DNA of 32,000 nt from a bacterium (GCA_963624325.1 CAVFPH010000006.1:581-32580), one strand, 5' to 3'. Shown: positions 9,054-16,910, numbered from the stretch's first letter. The notes: generated from the letters alone by a model not told the origin. Translations and numbers: made by a program.

Positions 9054-10001
9054 ATGCCTGTTTATTCGGTCATTGTCCCCTGCTACAATGAAGAGCCCGT
9101 CCTGCATGAAACGCACAAGCGGCTGACCAACGTGCTCTCCGCGATGGACGGCAGCTATGAAATCGTCTATGTAAACGACGGTTCGCGGGATCATACGCCG
9201 GATATCCTAAACGATTTTGCCGCCAAGGATCCCTGCGTGCGGGTGGTGCACTTTGCCCGCAATGCCGGCCATCAGATGGCCGTCACGGCAGGGCTGGATT
9301 ATGCCTCGGGCGATGCCGTTGTCATCATCGATGCCGATTTGCAGGATCCGCCCGAAATCATTCCCCTGATGGCCGAAAAATGGAAAGCGGGCGCGCAGGT
9401 GGTGTATGGACAGCGCAACCGCCGCGCGGGCGAAAGCGCCTTCAAAAAGTTCACAGCCTTTGCCTATTACCGCCTGCTGCGCGCGATGACCAGCACCGAT
9501 ATTCCCGCCGATACGGGGGATTTCCGCCTGGTGGATCGGCAGGTTGCCGATGTTGTCCGGCGCATGCCGGAGCACGCACGCTTCCTGCGGGGCATGTTCG
9601 CGTGGGTCGGCTTTAAGCAGGAGGCCGTGCGCTACGATCGGGACAAGCGCTTTGCCGGTGAAACCCACTATCCGCTGAAAAAAATGCTGAAACTTGCCCT
9701 GGACGGCATGCTCAGCTTTTCCGATAAGCTGCTAAAGCTCCTTACCGTGATCGGCATTGCGATGCTGGCCGTCAGCGGATTGGGCATGCTGGTGCTGCTG
9801 GTTCTGCTTTGCTGCGGCATTTCGGCAGGTTCATGGTGGCTGGCGGCGCTGATGCTTTTGTGCACGGGCACGGTGAACACGGGCCTTGGCATTCTGGGGG
9901 CGTATATCTCCCGTATCTATGATGAAACCCGCGCGCGCCCGCTTTACATTGTGGGCGAAACCCGCGGTTTTCCGGCGGATTTTACACCTTTCCGCCGATA
10001 A
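9054..10001 (+). CDS. Family 2 glycosyltransferase of the polyprenyl-phosphate sugar transferase type (GtrB/ArnC/DPM1-like)
   Basis: YSVIVPCYNEE lies at the N-terminus and DADLQDPPE supplies the DXD motif. Two C-terminal transmembrane helices are present, as in GtrB-like enzymes. The RBS is AAGGAG. Confidence 0.85.
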   Translation: MPVYSVIVPCYNEEPVLHETHKRLTNVLSAMDGSYEIVYVNDGSRDHTPDILNDFAAKDPCVRVVHFARNAGHQMAVTAGLDYASGDAVVIIDADLQDPPEIIPLMAEKWKAGAQVVYGQRNRRAGESAFKKFTAFAYYRLLRAMTSTDIPADTGDFRLVDRQVADVVRRMPEHARFLRGMFAWVGFKQEAVRYDRDKRFAGETHYPLKKMLKLALDGMLSFSDKLLKLLTVIGIAMLAVSGLGMLVLLVLLCCGISAGSWWLAALMLLCTGTVNTGLGILGAYISRIYDETRARPLYIVGETRGFPADFTPFRR

Positions 10002-10023
10002 ATAACTACCGATGGAGGATACT

Positions 10024-10227
10024 ATGGTAACCAAGGAAATGAGCATTCGCGAAGTGTTGACAATCGATCCCGGCACTGCCCGGTTGTTTATGGAGTTCGG
10101 CATGCATTGCCTGGGCTGCCCCCATGCAACGGCCGAAAGCCTGGAGGATGCCTGTGCCGTACACGGAACCAACGTGGATGAGCTGGTGCATCAGCTGAAC
10201 GAATACCTGGCGGAGAAGAAGGGCTGA
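10024..10227 (+). CDS. DUF1858 / 'hybrid-cluster-protein-associated redox disulfide' domain protein (67 aa)
   Basis: IREVLTIDPGTARLFMEFGMHCLGCPHATAESLEDACAVHG is the typical DUF1858 signature, including the CxxC motif (CLGC). I prefer the ATG at 10024 because GGAGG lies 5 nt upstream. The ORF-track ATG at 10012 overlaps that SD. Confidence 0.7.
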   Translation: MVTKEMSIREVLTIDPGTARLFMEFGMHCLGCPHATAESLEDACAVHGTNVDELVHQLNEYLAEKKG

Positions 10228-10229
10228 GG

Positions 10230-10694
10230 ATGCTTGCCGTGCCGGTAAAAAGCGCGGGGGATGCCCTGTACATTGCCTGCGAAATGGAAAAGCGCGCCGT
10301 CAAAATGTATGAGCGCGCGGCTCTGATCTGGCCGGAGGGCGAGGTCAGGGGCGCGATTGCCGATATGCTTTCGCAGGAGCGGGAGCATCTGCAGCGCTTT
10401 ACCGCAATGCTTTCCGGCCACGCGCCCGAGGATACCGAGGCGCTGGTGCTTTCGGCACGGGCTGCGGGCATCCTGTTTGATGAGGGATTGGGCGGTGCTG
10501 CGCGCAGCGGCGCGTTTGATTCGCCCGATCAGCTGCTGGCGTATGCTGCCGGGCAGGAGGCGCAGGCGGTAAGCTGCTATACGGGCTTTGCCGATGCCTG
10601 TGCCGCCTATCCGGAGGCGCAGGATGCCTTCCTGGCCATCGCCCGGGAGGAGCAGCAGCACCTTGCCACCCTTCAGGAAGCGCAGAACAAATGA
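10230..10694 (+). CDS. Ferritin-like / rubrerythrin-family di-iron four-helix-bundle protein (154 aa)
   Basis: The full E / ExxH / E / ExxH ligand pattern is visible: CEMEKRAVKMYE, SQEREHLQ, AGQEAQAV and AREEQQHL. The start lies 2 nt after the DUF1858 stop. Confidence 0.65.
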   Translation: MLAVPVKSAGDALYIACEMEKRAVKMYERAALIWPEGEVRGAIADMLSQEREHLQRFTAMLSGHAPEDTEALVLSARAAGILFDEGLGGAARSGAFDSPDQLLAYAAGQEAQAVSCYTGFADACAAYPEAQDAFLAIAREEQQHLATLQEAQNK

Positions 10695-11479
10695 TGGGCA
10701 CAATGAATGTCCGCTTGGCCGATCCTTGTGACCAACCCGCGGCGGAAGCCATGCTTCGCGCGGGCTTTGGCGATGAGGATTGGTTTTTGCGCGCTTTTTT
10801 TGGCTGTGTATGGCAGCGCTGCGATACGCTGATTTCCACGCAGGACGGCATTCCCGCCGCCATGGCAGCCCTGCTTCCGTGCGGGGTTTATCGGGAAAAT
10901 GCCGAAATTACCCCGGCATGCTACCTGTACGCCCTCTCCACCCTGCCCGCCTTCCGCGGGCGGGGGCATGCCAAAGGACTGCTGCAAGCAGCGCAGCAGC
11001 GCTGTGAATGCGTGTTTCTGCACGCCGAGAGCGATTCGCTGCATGCGTGGTACCATCGCCTTGGCTGGCAGGATGCCATGCACGCAAAGCGGCTGATCCT
11101 GCCCGCCCTGCCGGGGGATGCGCCGATGCGGGCGGATGCGGATGCCTATTATGCTGCCCGGGAGCGGCTTTTGCGGGGAACGGCGCACATTGTATGGGGT
11201 AAGGACCTGTGCGCCTTTGCCGCTCAGATGCTTGCCTGTGAGGGCGGCGGCCTCTATGCCAATGACCATGCTGCCTGCGCCGTCACGGGGATACAGGATG
11301 GGTGCCTGATGCTCTGCGAAGCGTTGGGGGATCTTTTCTGCGCGCAGAGGCTGGCAGGCAGGCTTGGCTGCAAGTGCCTGTCGGTGCTCATTCCCTGCGC
11401 CCGGGGGGATATTGCCCTATCGCAGGCGGTCGGCGCACCGCTCCCCGAGCCGCTCCATATGGGATTTGACTTTGACTGA
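10691..11479 (+). CDS. GNAT family N-acetyltransferase with a ~135-aa C-terminal extension
   Basis: The acetyl-CoA motif A context is YALSTLPAFRGRGHAKGLL. The ATG overlaps the upstream stop (ATGA at 10691-10694). Confidence 0.65.
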   Translation: MMGTMNVRLADPCDQPAAEAMLRAGFGDEDWFLRAFFGCVWQRCDTLISTQDGIPAAMAALLPCGVYRENAEITPACYLYALSTLPAFRGRGHAKGLLQAAQQRCECVFLHAESDSLHAWYHRLGWQDAMHAKRLILPALPGDAPMRADADAYYAARERLLRGTAHIVWGKDLCAFAAQMLACEGGGLYANDHAACAVTGIQDGCLMLCEALGDLFCAQRLAGRLGCKCLSVLIPCARGDIALSQAVGAPLPEPLHMGFDFD

Positions 11480-11502
11480 ACATTGACTGAAAGGAAGCAT
11501 TT

Positions 11503-12402
11503 ATGCTTGCATATTCGCGCGTTGACGCCGATGCGATCCCGATCCTGCGCGATTGCCTGTCGTCCCAGCCCTACCGCAGCTGTGATTACACAGCCGGCGT
11601 AATCTACATGTGGCGGGATTACTTTAACACCGAGTACGCCGTCTGCAGCGGCACCCTTTATGTCCGCATGCGCTATCCGGACGGAAAGCGGTATCACCTG
11701 TTCCCCGTGGGAAAAGAGGCACCGCAGGCCCGCCTTGAAAGGATTGCGCCGGAGGAGGATGGCAGCCTGCGCTTTGCCACCGTCCCGCCGCAGGAGCTGG
11801 ATACGCTGCGCGCATACTACGGGCAGGATATTGCCTGCCTGCCGCAGCGCCAATGGGCGGATTACCTGTATCCGCGCGAGCAGCTTTCCACCTATGCGGG
11901 AAGGAAGCTTGCCGGCCAGCGGAACCACGTGAACCGCTTTTTGAAGGACCACGGCAGCTTCATCTTTGAAACCGTTGATCCGGCCGATACGGCGGATATT
12001 CGGGCGTTTTTGTGCGATAATGAAACCGCCCTGCAAAAAAGCGATCCGCTTGCGCAGGCAGAGTTCGGCTACACCCTGGAAACGCTGGCGCACGCGGATG
12101 CGCTTGGCATGTACTGCGGCCTTCTGCGCCTGCCGGAGGGGCAGACGGTTGGAATCAGCCTTGGCACCGTTGCCGGGGATACGCTGTATGTCCACATCGA
12201 AAAGGCCCTTCATGAAGTGGCCGGGGCCGGCCAGCTGCTTTGCCGTGAGTATGCCGTCCACGCCCCCGCTGGGATAACCTATCTCAACCGCGAGGATGAC
12301 ATGGGCGATGAGGGGCTGCGCGCCGCAAAAGAGGCCCTGCATCCCATTGAAATGATCGAAAAATATACCGTTATCGCAAAAACGGGAGGGAATCAACAGT
12401 GA
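11503..12402 (+). CDS. Stand-alone DUF2156 protein (LPG_synthase_C-like; the MprF C-terminal aminoacyl-tRNA-dependent transferase fold)
   Basis: Signatures I associate with the family are present: MWRDYF, GRKLAGQRNHVNRF, YVHIEKA, YLNREDDMGDEGLRAAKEALHP and IEKYT. The RBS is AAAGGAAG. The stop overlaps the murG start. Confidence 0.75.
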   Translation: MLAYSRVDADAIPILRDCLSSQPYRSCDYTAGVIYMWRDYFNTEYAVCSGTLYVRMRYPDGKRYHLFPVGKEAPQARLERIAPEEDGSLRFATVPPQELDTLRAYYGQDIACLPQRQWADYLYPREQLSTYAGRKLAGQRNHVNRFLKDHGSFIFETVDPADTADIRAFLCDNETALQKSDPLAQAEFGYTLETLAHADALGMYCGLLRLPEGQTVGISLGTVAGDTLYVHIEKALHEVAGAGQLLCREYAVHAPAGITYLNREDDMGDEGLRAAKEALHPIEMIEKYTVIAKTGGNQQ

Positions 12403-13463
12403 AAAGGATTGTGCTGACCGGCGGCGGAACTGCCGGACATGTTACCCCGAACCTGGCGCTGCTGCCGCACCTGCTGGAGGAAGGCTACGATGTGCATTAC
12501 ATCGGAACCAAAAAAGGAATCGAGCGCGACATGATGGAAAACCTGCCCGGCGTCACCTATCATGTGATCAAATCCGGAAAGCTGCGCCGCTATCTCGATT
12601 TGAAAAACCTCAGCGATCCTTTCCGCGTGATTGCGGGCATTTTTCAAAGTGCCCGCCTGATGGGCAAACTGAAGCCCGATGTGTGCTTTTCCAAGGGCGG
12701 CTTTGTGTCCGTGCCCGTGGTGATCGGCGCATGGCTGCACCATGTGCCTGTTCTGTGCCATGAAAGTGACCTGACCCCCGGCCTGGCCAACAAGATCTGC
12801 ACGCGCTTTGCCCGCAAGGTGGCCACCACTTTCCCGGAGTGCGCGCAGGCACTGGCGCCCAAAGGCGTCTTTACCGGCACGCCGCTGCGCCCGATGCTCT
12901 TTTCGGGCAGCAAGGAAAAAGGCCTTGCAATGGCGCATTTTACGGCGGATAAGCCCGTCCTTTTGATGATGGGCGGAAGCCTTGGCGCCCAGAGCGTCAA
13001 TGCCGCCCTTCGCGCCGCCCTGCCGCAGCTTTTGCCGCAGATGCAGGTATTCCACATCTGCGGACGGGGCAACCTGGATGAAAGCCTGACGGGCACGGAA
13101 GGCTATTATCAGACCGAATTTTTGAATGATGATCTGCCCGATGCCCTGGCGACGGCGGATTATATCCTGTCTCGCGCGGGCTCCAATGCGCTTTGCGAAT
13201 TTCAGGCCCTCGGCAAGCCCATGCTGCTTGTTCCCTATCCCAAGGGAGCCAGCCGCGGCGACCAAATTTTGAACGCCGCTTCCTACGAAAAGCGCGGGCT
13301 GGCGCGGGTGCTTCCGCAGGAGCAGATGACGCCCGATACCCTGTATCGGGGCATCATGGATCTTGTGCGCGATGGCGATACCCTGTGCGCCGCCCTGCGC
13401 GCTGCCCCGCCGGCAGACGGCACAATGGCCGTCCTCAACCTGATTCACGAAATTCAAAAGTAA
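12399..13463 (+). CDS. murG: UDP-GlcNAc:undecaprenyl-PP-MurNAc-pentapeptide GlcNAc transferase
   Basis: The N-terminus KRIVLTGGGTAGHVTPNLALLPHL is the clostridial-type MurG G-loop. CHESDLTPGLANK and C-terminal SRAGSNALCEF also fit. The GTG start overlaps the DUF2156 stop (GTGA). Confidence 0.9.
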   Translation: MKRIVLTGGGTAGHVTPNLALLPHLLEEGYDVHYIGTKKGIERDMMENLPGVTYHVIKSGKLRRYLDLKNLSDPFRVIAGIFQSARLMGKLKPDVCFSKGGFVSVPVVIGAWLHHVPVLCHESDLTPGLANKICTRFARKVATTFPECAQALAPKGVFTGTPLRPMLFSGSKEKGLAMAHFTADKPVLLMMGGSLGAQSVNAALRAALPQLLPQMQVFHICGRGNLDESLTGTEGYYQTEFLNDDLPDALATADYILSRAGSNALCEFQALGKPMLLVPYPKGASRGDQILNAASYEKRGLARVLPQEQMTPDTLYRGIMDLVRDGDTLCAALRAAPPADGTMAVLNLIHEIQK

Positions 13464-13481
13464 TACCGGAGGAAACGCAAC

Positions 13482-14606
13482 ATGAAGTGCCCGTTGGCGG
13501 AAAAAGGCTGCGGCGGCTGCAAGGATCTTGCATGCAAGTACGGGGATGTCCTGCACGAAAAGGATGCGGCTTTTCATAAGCTGTTTCCGAATGCCCTGCC
13601 GATCATCGGCATGGAGGATCCCCGTGCCTACCGCAACAAGGTGCTGCGCACGTTTGCCAACGGAAAATCGGGCCTTTATCACGGCATATACCGCGCGGGC
13701 ACGCATCAGGTGATTTCCGTTCGCCGCTGCCTGCTGGAAAATGAGCGCGCCAATGAAATTGCCGATATCGCCCTGTCCATCCTGGCCGAAACCGGGCTTT
13801 CCGCCTACCGCGAGGATTTCCACCGCGGTACTCTGCGCCATCTGCAGGTTCGCCGTGCCCACAAAACGGGCCAGGCCTTGGTAACGGTCGTGACGGGAAC
13901 GGCGGATTTTCCGGGCGGTGAGGCATTTGCGCAGCGCCTGATGGCCCGCTGCCCGGATGTGCGCGGGGTGATGCAATCCATCAACGACCGCGACACCAGC
14001 GCGGTGATGGGCTTCCGCTCCCGTCTGCTGGCAGGCCGCGATGAAATCTGGGATGAGCTGGGCGGGCTCAAGGTATGCCTGACTTCCCGCTCCTTTTATC
14101 AGATCAACACCCTGCAGGCCGAAAAACTGTATCGGTACGCGATTGAAATGGCACAGCTGACGGCGGACGATACGGTTTTGGATGCCTATTGCGGCGTCGG
14201 CCTGATCGGAATGCTGGCGGCCCGGCAGGCAGGCCATGTGCGCGGGGTGGAAATTGTAAGCGACGCAATCAAGTGCGCCAAGGCCGCGGCACGCGTCAAC
14301 CGCATTGACAACATTGATTTTGTCTGCGGGGATGCCGTAAATGCCCTGCGGGACGGAAACTTTGCCCCGACGGTTGTATTTGTCGATCCGCCCCGTGCGG
14401 GCTGTGACGTGCGGTTCCTTCAATCGCTTGCGCAGGCCGCCCCGCAGCGCATCGTCTATGTTTCCTGCTGCCCCGAAACCCTGCACCGCGATATTGCCCT
14501 CCTAAGCAAGGCAGGCTACAGCCTGCAAACCATCCGCGCGGTGGATCTGTTCCCCTTCACGGCGCACACAGAGACGGTTTGCCTGCTGTCCAGGCAGGTT
14601 ATTTAA
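13482..14606 (+). CDS. 23S rRNA (uracil-5-)-methyltransferase, RumA/RlmD family (no TRAM domain)
   Basis: An N-terminal Cys cluster (CPLAEKGCGGC plus RRCLLE) fits a 4Fe-4S site. SAM-binding DAYCGVGLIG, DPPRAGC and the catalytic YVSCCPETL motif are present, along with C-terminal DLFPFTAHTETV. The RBS is GGAGG. Confidence 0.85.
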   Translation: MKCPLAEKGCGGCKDLACKYGDVLHEKDAAFHKLFPNALPIIGMEDPRAYRNKVLRTFANGKSGLYHGIYRAGTHQVISVRRCLLENERANEIADIALSILAETGLSAYREDFHRGTLRHLQVRRAHKTGQALVTVVTGTADFPGGEAFAQRLMARCPDVRGVMQSINDRDTSAVMGFRSRLLAGRDEIWDELGGLKVCLTSRSFYQINTLQAEKLYRYAIEMAQLTADDTVLDAYCGVGLIGMLAARQAGHVRGVEIVSDAIKCAKAAARVNRIDNIDFVCGDAVNALRDGNFAPTVVFVDPPRAGCDVRFLQSLAQAAPQRIVYVSCCPETLHRDIALLSKAGYSLQTIRAVDLFPFTAHTETVCLLSRQVI

Positions 14607-14622
14607 GTCCGATCAGGAATAA

Positions 14623-15062
14623 ATGAGCACCAAGAATAAGCGCACAAAGAGAAAAGCGCGCCGATCGCCATTTTGACGGTACTTATTCTTTGCGCCTGCG
14701 GCAGCTTTCTGTATTTAAGCGATTATTACAGGGCATCCGATGCAGTGAATGAATACTTGGAGAAAAACGGGGATGTATCCGTCAGCTCCATTGACAGCGG
14801 CCTGTTTTGGGACAGACCGGGCAGCGAAAAACGCCCTGATCTTCTATCACGGTGCCAAGGTTGAGTACACGGCGTACGTTCTGCTGATGTATGAGCTTGC
14901 CGAGAACGGCATGGACGTTTTTATCATCAAAATGCCCTGCAATATGGCATTTTTCGGCGTGAACAAAGCAGACGATATATTCAGCGAATACAGCTACGCG
15001 CATATGTATCTGGGCGGCCATTCGCTGGGCGGAGTCGCAGCCGCAATTTACGCCGCAAATGA
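14623..15062 (+). pseudogene. Decayed alpha/beta-hydrolase gene: two frameshifts and loss of the 3' part
   Basis: Three frame segments together read like one membrane-anchored alpha/beta hydrolase. The first is MSTKNKRTKRKARRSP (frame of 14623, stop at 14674). The second is (I)LTVLILCACGSFLYLSDYYRASDAVNEYL...GLFWDRPGSE (frame of 14673, stop at 14862). The third is NALIFYHGAKVEY...GGHSLGGVAAAIYAANE (frame of 14749). The nucleophile elbow GHSLG is present, but nothing hydrolase-like follows about 15060, where a terminator hairpin begins. Confidence 0.55.
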
Positions 15063-15065
15063 ATA

Positions 15066-15100
15066 CTGCCGCCCGAAATCATCGGACGGCAGCATTTTTA
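15066..15100. terminator. Intrinsic terminator between the hydrolase remnant and the 3' end of pyrG
   Basis: CTGCCGCCCGA (15066-15076) pairs with TCGGACGGCAG (15082-15092), giving 11 bp with one mismatch. The loop is AATCA, followed by CATTTTTA on the plus strand. On the minus strand the hairpin lies 27 nt past the pyrG stop and has a weaker U-tract. Confidence 0.5.
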
Positions 15101-15118
15101 TGTCAGCCGGCTGGGCGG

Positions 15119-16717
15119 TTATTTGCCCATGCTTGCCTGAATCAGGCCCAGGAACAGCGGATGGGGATGCGTCGGACGGCTCTTGAACTCGGGATGGTAC
15201 TGAACGCCTACAAAGAAGGGCAGATCGCTCAGCTCCACGGCCTCCACCAATCGGCCGTCGGGGGATACGCCGCACAGCGTAAGGCCGGCCTCGCGGATGG
15301 CATCGCGGTACAGGTTGTTGAATTCGTAACGGTGACGGTGACGCTCGGAGATCTGCTCCGAGCCGTAGCAGCGGGCCAGGGTGGTGTTCGGCCGGATCAC
15401 GCAGGGATACGCGCCAAGGCGCAGCGTGCCGCCCTTATCGATTTCGTCATTTTGATCGGGCATGAAATCCACCACGGAATGGGCGCCGTTGGGGTTGAAT
15501 TCGTGGGAGTTGGCATCTGCCCAGCCGACCACATGACGGGCAAACTCAATTACCGCAATCTGCATGCCCAGGCAAATGCCCAGGTATGGCTTGCCGTTTT
15601 CGCGCGCGTAGCGTGCCGATGCGATCATGCCCTCGATGCCGCGCTCTCCAAAGCCGCCCGGCACCAGAATGCCGTCGGCGTTACCCAGCGTTTCGGCAAC
15701 ATTGCCCTCGTTGACGGTCTCGGAATCCACATAGTCAATCTGCACGCTGCGCCCAAGGGCGTAGGCGGCATGACGAAGCGCCTCGGTCACGGAAAGGTAG
15801 GCATCATGCAGCTGCATATATTTGCCTACCATGGCAATGCGGACAGTGCCCTGCGGATGGCGGATGCGCTCCACCATTTCACGCCACTGCGTCATATCGG
15901 GCGCGGGAGCATCAATGTGCAGTTCACGGCAGACAATATCCGAAAGGTGCGCTTCTTCCAGCATCAGCGGGGCTTCATAGAGGATGGGAAGGGTGGTGTT
16001 CTCAATTACGCAGTCCGGCCTGACATTGCAGAAATTGGCGATCTTGCGGACAATGGAAGGATCCTCGATTTTTTCATCCGTGCGCAGCACGATGATATCC
16101 GGGTTTACGCCCATGCCCTGCAGCTCCTTGACGGAGTGCTGGGTGGGCTTGGATTTATGCTCGCCCGAGGCCCGCAGATAGGGTACCAGGGTGACGTGAA
16201 TATAGAGCGCATTTTCGGGGCCGACCTCGCGCCCGACCTGACGGATGGCCTCAATGAAGGGCTGACTTTCGATATCTCCCGTGGTGCCGCCGACTTCGGT
16301 AATGACCACATCCGCGTTTGTGTTTTTGCCTACCTGATAAATAAAATGCTTGATTTCGTCCGTTACATGGGGAATGACCTGCACCGTGCCGCCCAGGTAC
16401 TCCCCGCGGCGCTCGCGGCTGAGAACACGGGAGAACACCTTGCCTGTGGTCAAATTGGAGTATTTGTTCAAATCCTCGTCGATAAAGCGCTCATAATGGC
16501 CCAAGTCCAAATCGGTTTCGGCCCCGTCCTCGGTTACATAGACTTCACCGTGCTGGATGGGGCTCATGGTTCCGGGGTCAACGTTGATGTATGGATCCAG
16601 CTTCTGCGCCGCTACTTTCAAACCGCGGTTTTTAAGCAGGCGTCCCAGGGAAGCTGCCGTGATGCCCTTGCCGAGCCCCGAAACAACACCGCCGGTAACG
16701 AAGATGTACTTGGTCAT
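15119..16717 (-). CDS. pyrG: CTP synthase
   Basis: [19 protein letters not shown] is the canonical PyrG N-terminus. The C-terminal glutaminase domain has GICLGMQ and HRHRYE. The ATG at 16717 has AGGAG 8 nt upstream. Confidence 0.95.
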   Translation of the reverse strand: MTKYIFVTGGVVSGLGKGITAASLGRLLKNRGLKVAAQKLDPYINVDPGTMSPIQHGEVYVTEDGAETDLDLGHYERFIDEDLNKYSNLTTGKVFSRVLSRERRGEYLGGTVQVIPHVTDEIKHFIYQVGKNTNADVVITEVGGTTGDIESQPFIEAIRQVGREVGPENALYIHVTLVPYLRASGEHKSKPTQHSVKELQGMGVNPDIIVLRTDEKIEDPSIVRKIANFCNVRPDCVIENTTLPILYEAPLMLEEAHLSDIVCRELHIDAPAPDMTQWREMVERIRHPQGTVRIAMVGKYMQLHDAYLSVTEALRHAAYALGRSVQIDYVDSETVNEGNVAETLGNADGILVPGGFGERGIEGMIASARYARENGKPYLGICLGMQIAVIEFARHVVGWADANSHEFNPNGAHSVVDFMPDQNDEIDKGGTLRLGAYPCVIRPNTTLARCYGSEQISERHRHRYEFNNLYRDAIREAGLTLCGVSPDGRLVEAVELSDLPFFVGVQYHPEFKSRPTHPHPLFLGLIQASMGK

Positions 16718-16830
16718 AAAGTGCGCTCCTTTCAGAATACACCGGGTATATACCCGGACGAACAGCATTCAGGAAAAACGACTGCACAAGGATACTGCGT
16801 GTCTGCACTTCGAAAAAAAACAGACGCGCT

Positions 16831-16858
16831 ATTGTATCACAATTTCGGCAAACTGCAA
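16831..16858 (-). promoter_or_regulatory. Candidate pyrG promoter (extended -10)
   Basis: Minus strand reads TTGCAG (16858-16853), a 16-nt spacer ending in TGA, then TACAAT (16836-16831). This is a TGnTACAAT extended -10 and would give a leader of roughly 105 nt. Confidence 0.4.
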
Positions 16859-16880
16859 CAGGTGAACAGCAAAAAAACAT

Positions 16881-16910
16881 AAAAAACGATCGGACAAAAG
16901 TGCCCGACCG
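16881..16910 (-). terminator. Intrinsic terminator after livF
   Basis: Minus strand CGGTCGGGCA-cttt-TGTCCGATCG forms a 10-bp stem with two G-U pairs, followed by TTTTTT. It starts 14 nt after the livF stop. Confidence 0.6.

Noticed and set aside
10012-10023. The upstream ATG as the start of the DUF1858 gene (ORF-track start).
   Set aside because: This ATG is immediately followed by the GGAGG that serves as SD for the ATG at 10024, and it has no SD of its own. The same logic applied to the ORF-track starts at 2098, 4659, 5635, 16768, 24560, 25259 and 30155.
12393-14486. A 697-aa ORF on the minus strand, the longest ORF in the window.
   Set aside because: It runs exactly antisense to murG and the rRNA methyltransferase, both of which carry unmistakable family signatures. 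Its product is low-complexity and rich in R/G/A/H/Q. It has no SD and even spans the murG/methyltransferase intergenic gap. This is the typical stop-codon-poor antisense frame of a GC-rich genome.
14820-14835. Possible programmed ribosomal frameshift at the A5 run of the hydrolase remnant.
   Set aside because: There is no X-XXY-YYZ slippery heptamer in the right phase and no downstream stimulatory structure. The gene also has a second frame break and lacks its 3' third, so decay or an assembly error explains it better.
16718-16830. A B. subtilis-type pyrG attenuator (GGGC initially transcribed sequence plus a terminator with a pyrimidine-rich 5' arm).
   Set aside because: There is no GGGC near the predicted start. 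The only stable hairpin (CCGGGTATATACCCGG) has no pyrimidine tract for poly-G pairing and only a weak U-tail. I saw no PyrR-binding loop either.
15059-16882. A 607-aa plus-strand ORF.
   Set aside because: It is antisense to pyrG, whose identity is certain. It shows the same low-complexity composition and no recognisable motifs.
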